64,000 nucleotides of DNA from Octopus sinensis (GCF_006345805.1 NC_043001.1:66898001-66962000), one strand, 5' to 3'. Numbered from the stretch's first letter, positions 48,688 to 62,204 are shown. The notes: generated by a model from the letters alone, not told the origin. Translations and numbers: made by a program.

Positions 48688-49362
48688 GTGGAAGGTCAAA
48701 ATGGGGAACAAAAACAGGACAGTGAAAACAAACAGGAATGGCTGCTAAGCCTAAATGAAGTGAGGTAACGAACACGAAGAAACAAGATTGGACAGGAGAC
48801 AGACAAGAATACATCTGATTCGTCCAGCTGTATCAGGAGGAAAGAAAGAAAGATGGCTGATGTTCACATGGGAGCCATGAGAGAGCAAAGGAGGAAGAGT
48901 GAGGGAAAGAGAGTGACAGAGAACACTGAAGGGGAGAGAGAGAAATTAGAGAAAGGATAAAAGAGAAAAAAACGAGAGGGGAAGATGAAAAGAATTAGAG
49001 AGAAGATAGAAAACGAAAGAGTGATAGCATAAGAGAGTAACAAAAGAGAGAAAACAAAAGAGTAATAGAATAGAATTTCTCCCCCTCTCGTGTTTTACTC
49101 TCTTATCCTTTATCTAATTTTTTTGTCTCCCCTTTCCGTTCTCTGTCTGTCACACTCTCTCCCTCACTCTTTCTCCTTTGCTCTCTCATAGCTCCCATGT
49201 GAGCAATGGCCATCTTTCTTCCTGATAAAGCTGGACAGATCAGACATATTTTTGTCTGTCTCATGTCCAAGCTTGATTCTTTGCATCTGCTACCTCACTT
49301 CATAGCAGCCCTTCCTGTTGGTTTTCACTGTCCTGATTTTGTTACCCATTTTGACCCTCTGC
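48688..49362. repeat. Long imperfect inverted repeat (arms about 48688-48982 and 49079-49362)
   Basis: Purine-rich left arm and pyrimidine-rich right arm are reverse complements, e.g. GGTCAAAATGGG...ACAGGACAGTGAAAAC versus GTTTTCACTGTCCTG...CCCATTTTGACC. Confidence 0.85.
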
Positions 49363-49412
49363 AATACACATATATATATATACATATGTGTGTATATATG
49401 TATATATACATA

Positions 49413-49459
<47 letters not shown>

Positions 49460-49539
49460 GTATATATATGTTTATACATGTATATATATATATATGTTAA
49501 TATATGTATATATACATATATGTATATACATACATGCAA

Positions 49540-49576
<37 letters not shown>

Positions 49577-49666
49577 CATATAATTACATCATCATCATCA
49601 TCGTATAATGTCTGTTTTCCATGCTAGCATGGGTACATATATATATACACATACACACACACACAC

Positions 49667-49699
<33 letters not shown>

Positions 49700-49749
49700 T
49701 GTATATGGATTTGAATTAAAGATCATCTACACCTATATAGTTTTTTCCT

Positions 49750-50235
49750 CTCCTTATACTTTATCTATTGATTTTGCAAATACTGAATACATATCACAGG
49801 CTTTTAATGAGGACTTGACACAGTCCTTAAATCGCAGCCTTGGTTTCTGCTGGAGTCTCCTTCCATTCACAAGTTCTCCATAGAGCATCTGCTTAGGAAT
49901 CCTGCTATCCTTCATTCTAATAAGGTGCCCAGTCCAACGTAACCGGTGCTTGTGCACCATCACCTCAATACTCAAGATATCAGCTGTCCTCAGGACCTGT
50001 GTGTCTGGAATTTTTGAGGTCCAGCCAACATTGAGAATGTGTCTGAGACATCTCTGATGAAAACGTTCAAGGACCCTTACCTGACGTTTGTACAGAGTCC
50101 ATGTCTCACATGAGTAGAGGAACAATGTCAGCACACATGCACGGTACACAGCAACTTTTGTTCGCCTTGTGATGCCATGTTGGACCAGGCACGAGACTGA
50201 AGAGACCGGAAGGAATTAGTTGCTCTCTGCAACCT
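49750..50235 (-). mobile_element. RTE (BovB-like) LINE C-terminal fragment
   Basis: YRACVLTLFLYSCETWT...LERFHQRCLRHIL...RLRWTGHLIRMKDSRIPKQMLYGEL...KPRLRFKD. Confidence 0.9.
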
Positions 50236-51119
50236 GAAAGATACAAATATACATACATACATACATACATATATTTACACATACGTGTGTGCGTAATTAT
50301 ACTGAATATATTTATTTTTAAGCATTTCTGTCTTAATGGTAAATATTTGATTCTGAAATAGTGTTACTGGGAATTGTCGCAGTCTTTGGCTGTGAAAATG
50401 TCCAAGACAGTAAAACAAGTAATGGTTTAATAATAAACTTCTGTTTTTAGTTGGTTGTCATCTCTGACAGCTTTGTCTTTAGGGTTAGGGTTAGCAAGTA
50501 CCAGTCATGCATTGAGGTGCCAAGAGAATTATTTGTGTCTATATAATAAACACTGTTGTTGGTATTATTGGGAGTTATGTATGTTTATTTCTCTTCTCTC
50601 TCTTTCATTCATTCTCTCTTTCTCTCTTTCCTCGCCTGCTCTCTCTCTCTCTCTTTATCCCCCTCTCTCTCAGTTTTGTTTAAAATGTCTGAATGTTAAA
50701 CTGATATTTTTGTTTGCTGTATTACCATTATTAATGATGCCTCCTTCCTCCACACCTGTCTCAAGGTAAAGGGGCCATGCTGGAGCAGTGACAAACATGC
50801 ATGTTTGGTTGTACTGAATGTGCTTTCTTTGAGTATCTTGTAACTTTATTCTGGTTAACTTCTGTTGCTATAACCAAACAAGTAATGGAGTACCATTTAC
50901 AGAGATGCTTTCTTATGTCCATTGATTACCATTTCCTCACTGATTATTTCTTTTGTGCTCATATTTCAATGTTTAAATTAAGATTTAAATCAATATTTTA
51001 ATATTCCTTTTGTTTTCACCCAAATTTTAAAATATTTCATCCTTCATATCATATTATTCCCCTGCCATGGTCCAAGAGGTTAGTGTTTTGTGTGAACTTT
51101 CATGGAAACCTTTTGGTTG

Positions 51120-51163
51120 TGTGTGTATGTGTGTGTTTATGCATGTGTGCATGTGTATGTATG

Positions 51164-51195
<32 letters not shown>

Positions 51196-51215
51196 TATAT
51201 ATATGTATATATATG

Positions 51216-51248
<33 letters not shown>

Positions 51249-51339
51249 CTATATATATATATGTATGTATATATGTATATGTGTATGTATATATATATGT
51301 GTATGTATATATATATGTGTATGTATATATATGTGTATG

Positions 51340-51372
<33 letters not shown>

Positions 51373-51377
51373 GTATG

Positions 51378-51444
<67 letters not shown>

Positions 51445-51521
51445 ATATGTATATGTATATATGTATATATATATATATATGTATGTATATATATATATAT
51501 ATATCTGAATGTATATATATG

Positions 51522-51552
<31 letters not shown>

Positions 51553-51602
51553 ATGTATATATATATATATCTGAATGTATATATATGTATATATATATAT
51601 AT
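51120..51602. repeat. (TATG/TA)n complex microsatellite
   Basis: Directly visible. Confidence 0.95.
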
Positions 51603-51871
51603 AAAAAATCATATCAAAGGGAAATGGAATTTAATTAAAATTTTAAAAATTCAATTAAGATTTACATTTCCAGTGGTCTAACATGTAAAAAAATTTAGTC
51701 AAAAAGACTATATATTAGTCATACGATATAGTGTATATTTAAACACATAAGGAATCCAGTTATAGGGATTCTACACGCTAGAAAGAACAGCTAGGTTCTA
51801 TAACCACAAAAATTGGGGATAAAATTCGACAGGAATAAATTTGGAAATGAAAAACATCTACCATCTAGAGT

Positions 51872-51945
51872 CCTGGACCAATTGGTTTCTAATCATCTTT
51901 TAGCAAGTCAAGGAGAACTCACAAGGTCTGATTTTCCTCAGCAGG
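51872..51945 (-). ncRNA. Type I hammerhead ribozyme
   Basis: CCTG-CTGAGGA-A AATCA...TGATT A-GAAA-CCAATTGG-TC-CAGG; palindromic stem III ACCAATTGGT. Confidence 0.7.
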
Positions 51946-52068
51946 TCCAACCTAGGGTTAAACATATCCACACGATTCAAACAAGACTACTTGTCTCGTA
52001 TTTATATGAACTAACTTTTCAAATTAGTCTTGTTTGTCTTGTGTGGATATGTTTAACCCTAGGTTGGA

Positions 52069-52142
52069 CCTGCTGAGGAAAATCAGACCTTGTGAGTTCT
52101 CCTTAACTTGCTAAAAGAAGATTAGAAACCAATTGGTCTAGG
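52069..52142 (+). ncRNA. Type I hammerhead ribozyme, sense to the host gene
   Basis: CTGAGGA 52073-52079, GAAA 52125-52128, GUC 52136-52138, stem I CCTG/TAGG. Confidence 0.65.
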
Positions 52143-52295
52143 AAACTAGATGGTAAATGTTTTTCATTTCCAAATTTATTCCTGTCGAATTTCATCCCCA
52201 ATTTTTGTGGTTATAGAACCTAGCTGTTCTTTCTAGCATATAGAATCCCTATAAGTGGATTCTTTATGTGTTTAAATATACACTATATCATATGA

Positions 52296-52349
<54 letters not shown>

Positions 52350-53663
52350 ATGTATGTATATATACATACTCACAAATAGTGATGTCCCAGCAAAGCCACA
52401 ATCATGGAGCATAAAGCCTTTTTCTGCCCCACAGAATTAAGCCAAACTATGGTTTACTTAAAAGCCTCTTAGTAGCTAAAACTCCCTCAAATCATACCCT
52501 ACTGTTTTAGAGACACTTTATATAATGCTGTCTTGGGCACTGTGTACATTGGAAAAAGACTATTGGTTGTTCATAGCAGAAATGTCTTTGGTCAATGGTT
52601 TACTCAGTCAGGGTTGGGCTGGAGTTAAACAAACATCAATTTGTCATACTGATACTACCCAAAGTGACAAACATCTGTGGTATACTCAACCACTTGCACT
52701 ATAAATCAATGAAAATGTAGTTCTTTTGATTCAATAACTAGAATACTCCTTGTTGACACTTACAGAGTATCAACTTGCTGCCAAATATTTCACGACCATC
52801 GAATATTTCATACCACCACTACCACTCCTGCCACCAACAACTGTATCACATTTCACCAATGGACATCAGAATCATCTCCCTTGTTGTGTTCCCTTGCTTC
52901 TAACTGCTTGATTGTTGTTTATTGCTAAGCTTTCCTTTCAGACCAGTTTTATCTGGTTCTTCACTTGTCATGTGTCTGTCCAATTGTTATCTATTTTATT
53001 ATATTTTTATTTTTCCAGTGTTACCCTCACTTTAATATCTTTAAGCTTACAGATGGTAAGGTTGTCACTAACCGGCACACTGTTGCACCAACTGCAAATA
53101 GCATATATTTACAGTGTGTGCTTACAGTTTTATATTGATGCAGAAGATATGACAGTAGAATAAATGACAAGATCCATGGAAATTTACTATATTTAGTTTT
53201 GTATCTCTCAACCCTGAGTCCAAATCTTAGCACAATCATTGTTGCTTTTCTCTCCATCTTATTTCTCTAGGGCTGTTAAATGCAATACCTCTTAGAAAAT
53301 ATTTCAGCCATTAATTAACCTTGATTGATTGTTTGCATATATGCCTGCATGCAGTGTGTGTGTGTGTATGTGTGATAAGAGGCTTCAGGTGAATACAGTA
53401 AATTTCTAACAGCTAGTCCATTATGCAATCTATGTGGTAGCAAATTTTCCAGCCACATCAAAGTGCTGTGCAGAACAAGCACTTCATTGCAACACGTGAA
53501 AATGAATACCACTTCTGCTACAAAAAATACAAGCCACTTGCTAGGTTTATAAGCCATTCTTGGTCCCATAGTCACTGTAGAGAAAAAAAAAAAGAAACAC
53601 TAGATAACTTGTCTATGATGGTCCTACTCACCTTATAAGTCAACAGCCATCTTGTATTTATGC

Positions 53664-53720
<57 letters not shown>

Positions 53721-55324
53721 TAAATGTTTATTCTTTTTTTCTGTCTTTCACTTGTTTGGAAGAAGAAAGAAAAATGAGTTAAAGATTTCTAGTAGACACC
53801 ATTTTAAGATTATAATTTTCCATGCTGTTCAACTCATCTTTAAAGTGTATATTTACATTTGAATTAAGTTTCAGTCAGTTTGCTTAGTCAATTGTCTTTG
53901 GGTATATTATTCTGTAGACAGTCCTAGACTGGATTCCTGTACAATTCCAGGAATAAGACACCTGATGACAATTCATTATCAAACTGACTGAAATTTAACA
54001 TAAAGGTAAATATTGAAAATATTAACTGGAGAGAAGAATTTAGTATATTCATGTTAACAGCAATTGATCACAGAACTATAGGCATTAACCATATAGGCAT
54101 TAACCATATGTCTTTACTTGAGTGTTTGTTTCTTGGAATTCAGCATTAATTAGGTTAGGGTTTGGGAGATAACATAACTGAGAATCTTTTGTAAATAATT
54201 ATGGGAAATATCTTAAATTCTAATTGTGCAACACTTGTCTAGAATGAAACAAATAGTTTTATATTGTCACTTTTATTATTATTGTTGTTATTGTTATTAT
54301 TATTAGTAGTAGTAGGAGGAGGAGGAGGAGAAGGAAAAGGAAGAGAAGTACATTTTCAGAGTCAGCATTACCAATTAAGTATATAGTAGATATCCAGCAC
54401 CAGGAACATACCCACAGTAAAACAATCAATTCAATAAGTCTTTTACAAAATTGGCTACTACTACTACTACTACTAGTTTATCAGTGCTATCAAGAATGAC
54501 ATCATTTTAAAAGAAAAAAATGCATCAATATAACATACATTCCATATATTTGACATAGTAAGATGATGTACTCGACTTCATATGTGAATTAATATCACCA
54601 ACATGAAGAGGGGTTACTTGATAAAAAAAAAATTATGTAAACAAATATGTTATTACTTAATAGGATAGAAGATTATTGTTGGTAGAGTAATTGATTTGGC
54701 ACAACAGAAAGCCAACTTGCATTCCTTACCAATTGCTAAAATTCACTATTTCATTCTTCTGAATAGAAATCCAGGCTAAGACTATTATGTCATTCATCCC
54801 TCTGGAGTCAACAGATTAAGTATTAGTTAGACAGTGTTACAGATATAGATTCTGTCAACTTAGTGCAGATGTAAATACACACAAGCTCACTCACAGACAT
54901 GTCTGTGTGTTTTTCAATGTATTTTTATCAAAAGTTATGTTAAATCAATTATGCCAAAAATTCTACCAAATTTCATCTTCAGAATTGTTGAATCATTGCA
55001 TCAGAATCTATTTTTTGTTTATACACACACACACACACACACTCATTATATGTATATTATGCATACATGTGTGTGTGTGAATGTAGTGCTTGTGTATGTA
55101 ATTAACTACACAAAAGTGTATATTTTATCTTGCTCTAAAATAACTTTACTGCTAAAATTTATAGTTTTCAGATCTGACTGCAGATGGATGCTTATTTCAA
55201 TCTAGTTGTGTCCTCATCAGCTTTTGTCAGTTTTGTCAGTTAAACTGTTTAAATCTGTGTAGACATTTACAACATATATTACCTCAAAATAAGAATAGAA
55301 TTGTCACCAATATAGTTTTATACC

Positions 55325-55490
55325 TTGAGGTAAATGGTTCTTAATATTTTGAGTTCAAATCGAGTCAAGATCAACTTTTCCTTTCGTCCACCCAGGGTCA
55401 ATAAAGTAATGTACTAGTCAAGTGTTGGGATTGATATAATTGACTAAACCCTCTCCATAAAATGTCTGGCCTTGCACATATTTTGGAAAT
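55325..55490 (+). mobile_element. SINE family B (decayed)
   Basis: GAGTTCAAATCGAG...CAACTTTTCCTTTCGTCC...CTAGTCAAG. A further copy at about 18455-18700 (+) and one at about 19325-19490 (-). Confidence 0.55.
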
Positions 55491-56691
55491 AATCATGAAA
55501 GATTATTTTCTCCAAGCTCTTGTGTCATTTTCTGTCTTACTTTTGAAAAAGTGAGGCTTTCCTGAAAAGTAACAGAAACATTAAACAACCTATATAGGTT
55601 GATACAATATCTTCTCTTTGTTTTTATTTATAAGCATCACCTGTCATATTTTGCCTAATTTCTCACCTGCATTGCTCAAATATTTTTTTTAATATTTCTT
55701 TCATTTACAATAAAGATAAGTTTGAAATATTTTAGTAGCATTGATAGAATGTGTGAGTAAATGATATTGCTATAAGGAGGAAGTATTAATACCATTAACA
55801 GTGGTTCAAAGTAGACTATCAGTAACAGGTTATCATATCTCCCATTGTTAAGTTATAAACAACAGATTCTGAAATCTAAAGAAACAGGTGATGTATTGTT
55901 AGCTATAACAAGTTAGTAGAAGAATTGGATAAGTTTAATCACCATGGAAGAATGCAAGATCTAACACTGTGGGAGTGACGTTTAAAGATTGAAATAGTAT
56001 TACTTCTGCTGTCAGGAATGGTTTTTTGTTTGGTTTGAGGAAATGTAGTTGCAATTTCTTGGTTCACGACAAGGGTGTATCTATTGTAGGTGGGAAATCA
56101 GATTGTTTTACATGCATATTACAGTTATACATAGATAATATATAGAGAGAATTTATATTGACTGTCAGGGACCCATGGTTTCATGCTTATAACAATCTGC
56201 AATTTTTTAGCCAGAATTTCAGATGGCAACTGTCACTTCCACCATTCTAGTTGAAAAATTGATTTTCATCCATATGAAACCTTGTGTTCCAGAAACTTCA
56301 CATAATACTATTTAAAAGAACTGTTCATCCACCTTCCTGGTGCTGAGTACTCATTTTCCCAGTTTGTTATGGATGTGTGTCTGTTTCAAAATACTTGTGA
56401 AATTCTAACATGAATTTTTGTAAATGTGAGATAAATATACTGGGATAGTGATGTGATATTGTAAGCGCTGGAGAAAAAGTGGTTTTAAGTATGGAAGTTC
56501 AAGATAATGTGTTATCTGATTAATTTATTTTGCATTTATTTCTAATGTTTTGGTGGGTGACATTTTGAAAATTTGATTAACTAATTAAATGCAATTTTTC
56601 TATCAATTGCTTAAAGCAAAGAGTCAGTGATAAGACTTGAGTGTTGTAGCCACCATTAGTTACTGACTCACTTAGCTACCATCTCTTCCAG

Positions 56692-56811
56692 GAAAAAGCA
56701 AGACTGATAAGTGTGGAACGCAAAATACAGGAACTATCGCAGTTCTGCTCTGTAGCAGTCAGTGATGAGGGTTACGACCAAAGTGGAAGGTCATCTGATG
56801 CAGAAAGTGAG
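56692..56811 (+). CDS. PHLDB: PHLDB exon F: EKARLISVERKIQELSQFCSVAVSDEGYDQSGRSSDAESE
   Basis: CATCTCTTCCAG acceptor and GAG|GTACAT donor, 120 bp, phase 0-0. EKARLISVERK matches the recalled end of the PHLDB coiled coil (EKENLxxLEKK). The gene continues beyond the window. Confidence 0.85.
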
Positions 56812-59800
56812 GTACATGTCATCATCTTTGTCTAGTTCTTATTGTATTTAATCTCTTTTATTATTATTTTTATGATTATTCCTACCAATCAATCTTTTAA
56901 AAGAACAAAAAAAAAAGAAGCCTTTGAACATCATCATTATGGATGATGGACCAGTAAAACAATTTCTTGAGAAGCTCAGGACATTTCACCAATTTCTGTT
57001 TTTTCCAGGACATTCTTAAAAGTTGATTCTATTAAACAAACTTTAATGTAATAGACAGTTTACTGTCTCCTAATTATAACAATTATTAAATAGTTAATTA
57101 ATCAGTGTTGTCCTATTGAAAAATTAAGAACATGGTCACCAGAATCCAAGACTACACATCAGTTTAAAGCCAAAATTGAGATACATTTGTATATCAGGAA
57201 ATGTAGAAATATTTACCATTTAAGCAGAACCTTTTTTGGATATAATTCTCTAAAACATTAGTCTCCCTCCCTCATCTCCCCATCATGCATAAATATATCT
57301 TCTTTTTTTTTTTTTTTTGAATTGTAACTTGACTCTCTGCATCATTGTAATAAATTGAAAGGAGAATCAGCCAGTATCACTGTTATTAGTACTAAACTGT
57401 TACATTATGGTTAAGTCAGTATGTAAACATTGATTTAATTAATATCAGTGTAATTAGTTAGTATTAAATGATTACATTAAAATTAAGTTCTGTAACAAGA
57501 ATTAGGCAGAACAAGAAAAAAATTGGTCTTTACCCTTAATCACAAGAGAAAGAACCAACAAGAACATTGCTCAAAGATCTTTTTAAAAATATTTTTAAAA
57601 GATCAAGAATGAAGCAGGAAGAACATTTTACTCCATGTAGAGACCATTTTCTTTCTTCATTCATTTTTTTCATGACTGGTGCTTTGGCAATATTTGCTTC
57701 TGGCAACTAAAGGAGGAACTCCTACATACTGCTCATCATCTCCTTTCTCCACCCCTTGCTTGCTAGCTAAGCTCATATCAGCACAAGTTCATGTCACTGC
57801 AATATCTTAGTATTAAATTATTACTTAAAGATTAGAATTAACATAATGGTAATTTGTTAGTATTCAATTATTACATTAAGATTAATGTTAGCACTACTGT
57901 AATATGTTAGTATTAAATTGTTATATTAAGATGAGAGTACCTCTGACTATAGAGAGATATGTTTTAATATTTTCATTTACATTATGTTTGATACCTTATT
58001 ACTTTAATTAATTACCTGAACTATTTAGACCTCTACTGGCTACACTTAGATTGATGTAAATTTGACTTGAGACTATTTCAACAAACCTTGATAATATTCC
58101 AAGTTATCAACTTAAGACATAGAGTTAATTATTACATGTCAACACTGTCAGAAACTGCAAATTTTAGATTTGTATTTCATGTACTGTGTTCATAAAGTCA
58201 TTTATTAATGCGATCTATTAATTTTAAGAATTGGTAATTACTACCATTCATAAATTCAAAATTAACCTGCTTTTTCCTTGTTCTACTTATGATTTTTTAT
58301 ATAATTTCATTTTCTTTTAATTAATATTCAATAAATTAGCTTCACTATAGTCTACACTTAGATTATTAAATTTAGTGCTAGAAATTCTATTTCACGCAAT
58401 ATCAATTATTTTACTAGAAATGGCTTCAGTTACAGTTAATGTAGCAAACATCCACTGCCTTTAATATGCTTAATTAATCATTCCTTATTTTATATTAATT
58501 ACCTTGATATATATCTTATATCATTGTTTTTACATATGTGATATCATTGCCTTATGTGATATCAATGTCTTGTCTTATGTCACTGCCTTATATGTGGTTT
58601 CACAGCTTTATCATACGTGAAACTATTATTTATTGTACTTAGTTACTTGATTACATTGTTCTAAACATGTAACAGATTCTTGATATCATTATCTTTGTGT
58701 ATATCAACATATTGTTATGAAGACTTGCATTCTAGAAATTACCATTTGTATTATTATTTCTTGAATTAGCACTTCACTGTGTCTTTGGTTTTGTCTTCTT
58801 CATTTCATTTGTCTTCAATGGAAATACAAATATATTTGTAAAAGGCATCACAACAATAAGTAATTTCCTCTCATATGAGCTCTAGAGCTTCAGGCCTTTT
58901 TAAACTCTACATATATATGTGTTTGTGTCAGTTTGTGTTTTATACACACACACACACACACACACATATTTCCAATTTACTTTGTATAAATTGCAATGGC
59001 TCCATAACTACTGTCTCAGCTATAACCTTGGAGCCCCAGTAATCCATTATAGCACTTACCTAGTGTACCTAATCGTTTAGATCACATGTGAACTAAACCC
59101 CCCTACACACACCCATGCTCAGGTTTTTCCAACATTTTAGCTAGCTGCTTGCTTACAATAATTTCTTGAATTAAACTTTTGCTTTGTGAATACTTTTCCT
59201 GCCATTCAGCTTCTTTGTTATCCAAGTAAGTAAAAAATAGTAACTGTAAGATTAGAATCTGGTGGCATTGCCTGCATCTTTTATGATTTTATCTGTAGTA
59301 TTGGCCAGGGTACATTCTTTATCTTATTTATAATCTTTGGAAACTAGGATATATTTACATTTTATTACCACTCAGCAAATTCATTTGATAGTTTTGAAGC
59401 CTTGTAGAAAATCTTCTATCTGTTAAATTGTATGTATATTATTATATATTTCTATATAAAATGTAAGGTCAGATAATTTAGTTAAATGAAGTATTATGTA
59501 ACCAGAACTATACTTATTAAATCAGATATCCATTACCAGTTAACTTCCTGACTCATAGTATTTCTAAATGTTTCAGAAGGATAAATACTTTCCTGAAATC
59601 TCAGTAAATATCAAAGGATTATATAAGAAATAGTTTCTGTTAAAGTTTATTCTAACTGAGATCATCAACATTTTAAGCACTCAGACCAGAGACTCTGCTT
59701 TCTTAGTGATAAGAACAACCAGTTTAATACTACAAGGCCTCTGCTGAAAGAATAAATATTTATTGGTTCTACTCCAAGAAGAATTTCATTATCCATTTTT

Positions 59801-60475
59801 GTGCAGCAATCTGTCTTTGAGCTGCCTCATATTACTCATTTACAACAGTAATAGCTAAATATGGAAAATTCTTATTCTATTATGTATTTACAGTTGAAAG
59901 TTAGATGATGTTTTGTCTCTCTATTCAATAAAAACTTTTGTTTTAGAACTCAAATATGAATTGATTATATCAGTTATATTGGAAACTGATTTCCAAATGA
60001 AAATTCAGAAACCATTTCCTAATTTTTAAATTCCTCCTGAGATAATCTCAATCAAATAAAATGATTGATGATGAAAAGGAGAAGGAATACAACACCTGGT
60101 TGTATTACACTGCACTGGAGTCTGATGCATCATTATAGATTAACAAATAATGGTAATTCTCTTTAACTCAGACATTTTTAGCTGTTGCTTTTCATCTTGT
60201 TGACAGCAAGTTAAAGATATTTAACAAATTTTTAAATCATCATCATCATGTAAATATATAATTCTATGCACACATACTCTCTTTCTCTCACACACACACA
60301 CATGCACACACACTGGTTTAAGTCATTGGACTGCAACCATGCTGGAGCACCATCTTCAAGAGTTAAGTTAGTCATATGAATCCTAGATTTTAAATTTGAT
60401 ACATAGTTTATCACACCCAGTTTATAGAACTGCTAAAACCAAGGTATATATGTGTATTCTTCTTATTATTATTAG

Positions 60476-61140
60476 GGGGTGAGATGGCAGAATTGTTAGT
60501 ACACTGGGCAAAATGCTTTACAGTATTTTGTCTGTCTTCATGTTCTGAATTCAAATTCCACCAGGGTCAGCTTTGCTTTTTGATCTTTCAGGGTTGATAA
60601 ATTAAGTACCAGTGAAACACTGGGATCAATGTAATCAACTCATCCCCTCCTCCAAAAAATGGCTGCCCTTGTGGCAAAATTTGAAACTATTATTAAGGTG
60701 GCAAGCTACCATAATCATTAATACATCAGACAAAATGCTTAGTGATATTTCTTCTGGCTTTATGTTCTGAGTTCAAATTCTGCCAAGGTCAACTGTGCCT
60801 TTCATCCCTTCAGTAAAATAAGTACCAGTTGAGCACTGTGGTTGATGTAATCAACCAGCTCTCTGTAAAAATTTCAAGCCTTGTACCTATAGTAAAATGC
60901 ATTATCATTGTTGTTGTTAGATGAGCTAGCAGAATTGTTAGAGCATCAGAAAAACTGCATTGTGGTATTTTTTCCAGCACTTTAGATTCTAAGTTCAAAT
61001 CCTACCAGGACGGGTTGATTTTACCTTTCATTTTTTGGGATCAGTATAATAAATCACTACTCAAGTACAGGAATTTATGGCATTAAATAACCCCCTTCTC
61101 TGAAAGGATGTAATCTTATGCTTGAATCTGAAACCATTAT
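60476..61140 (+). mobile_element. Three head-to-tail SINE family B copies
   Basis: Copies at about 60476-60690, 60696-60905 and 60920-61140, separated by short TTA/TTG tracts. Confidence 0.75.
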
Positions 61141-62204
61141 TTCATATGGTCAGTGTCTCTCAATAAACTAAGTTATCTTTCCACACAGTACAATTCATTC
61201 CACAGATCACATTCAGAATTTTTTTGCTCCATACATAAAGAACTTTGTTATGCTGAAACTGTTGTCTTATTGCTTGTAATCTTAGTCAAGCGACCAATTT
61301 TCTGTTTCCAGTGCTATTTCTTCAGCAGTTTATATTCAATAACTGCTGCATGATCTGATAACATTTCAAAGAAACTTTCGATTTAAACATTGCCAAATAA
61401 ATGTTTATTATTGCAGTAGTTGTTACCTAACAAATTTATTTCTCTCTTAATATTGCCCTAAAAACATCACTCTGGCACATTCCTAATTGCTTGCAAAACA
61501 CGCAATTTGTTAATTCTACTAATTAAGACTGTTCTGTTAACTAATAATCAAACAGTTGGGTTGTTTACTTGTTGCATTTTGCTAGATTAATTGAAATAAA
61601 AGCACAACATTGAATCTTATCTGAAATAAATAACAGCTGCATTCAATGCTTTTGTCTACCATGGTTTTGCCTCCTAACCATTTATTTACCTTAAAAATTC
61701 TAACTGTATCTCTCTCTCTCTCTCTCTCTCTTTCTCTCCCTCTCTCACTCACTCACTCAATGTTCTGTCTAATCATTCCAGCAAAACTTAGTTTCTTTAA
61801 ATAACATTTCATTTAAACCTTTATCGGCCATTGTTGTTCCTATCAGCAGATTTAATCAAATTGACATCTGATAAATTCAGAATTCACATTTTCAATTTCT
61901 TTAATTTTATTTTTGTTAGTTTTTTTTTTATTTGGTAATAAAAGAAAACTATAAAACTTGGGGTTACTCCTTTTATTAAAGTAAATATTGTAATACATGA
62001 TGTTTTTATTCTTTGTTTAAATATGTTAAATCATATGTATGTGTAGATGTATATGTATGTATCTATATATATAATTTCGTCATTTGTCTGAAGTTGTTTT
62101 GTCTATCATTTATGTTTACACTATTATATGATACTTGCATTATATTATATATATATATATATAAGACTTGTGAACCAACCTATATTATCTTGCAGTATTT
62201 TTTT

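Larger units (their letters stand above)
51660..52297. mobile_element. Fold-back element 3 (arms 51717-51989 and 52025-52297, 35-nt spacer)
   Basis: ~273-bp arms are high-identity reverse complements; the right end abuts (TA)n. Confidence 0.85.

Noticed and set aside
49215-49280. Functional hammerhead in the 48.7-49.4 kb inverted repeat
   Set aside because: Core reads CTGATAA and the GAAA box is absent in both arms.
55175-55230. Minus-strand CTGATGA...GAAA
   Set aside because: Stems I-III pair poorly, and there is no repeat or palindrome context.
57800-57935. ~49-bp AT-rich degenerate tandem repeat, plus small duplications at 36066-36125 and 54078-54108
   Set aside because: Ordinary slippage-type repeats with no further structure.
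59807-59848. Possible further exon after TTTTTGTGCAG (QSVFELPHITHL)
   Set aside because: Weak donor, not phase 0, no resemblance to PHLDB.
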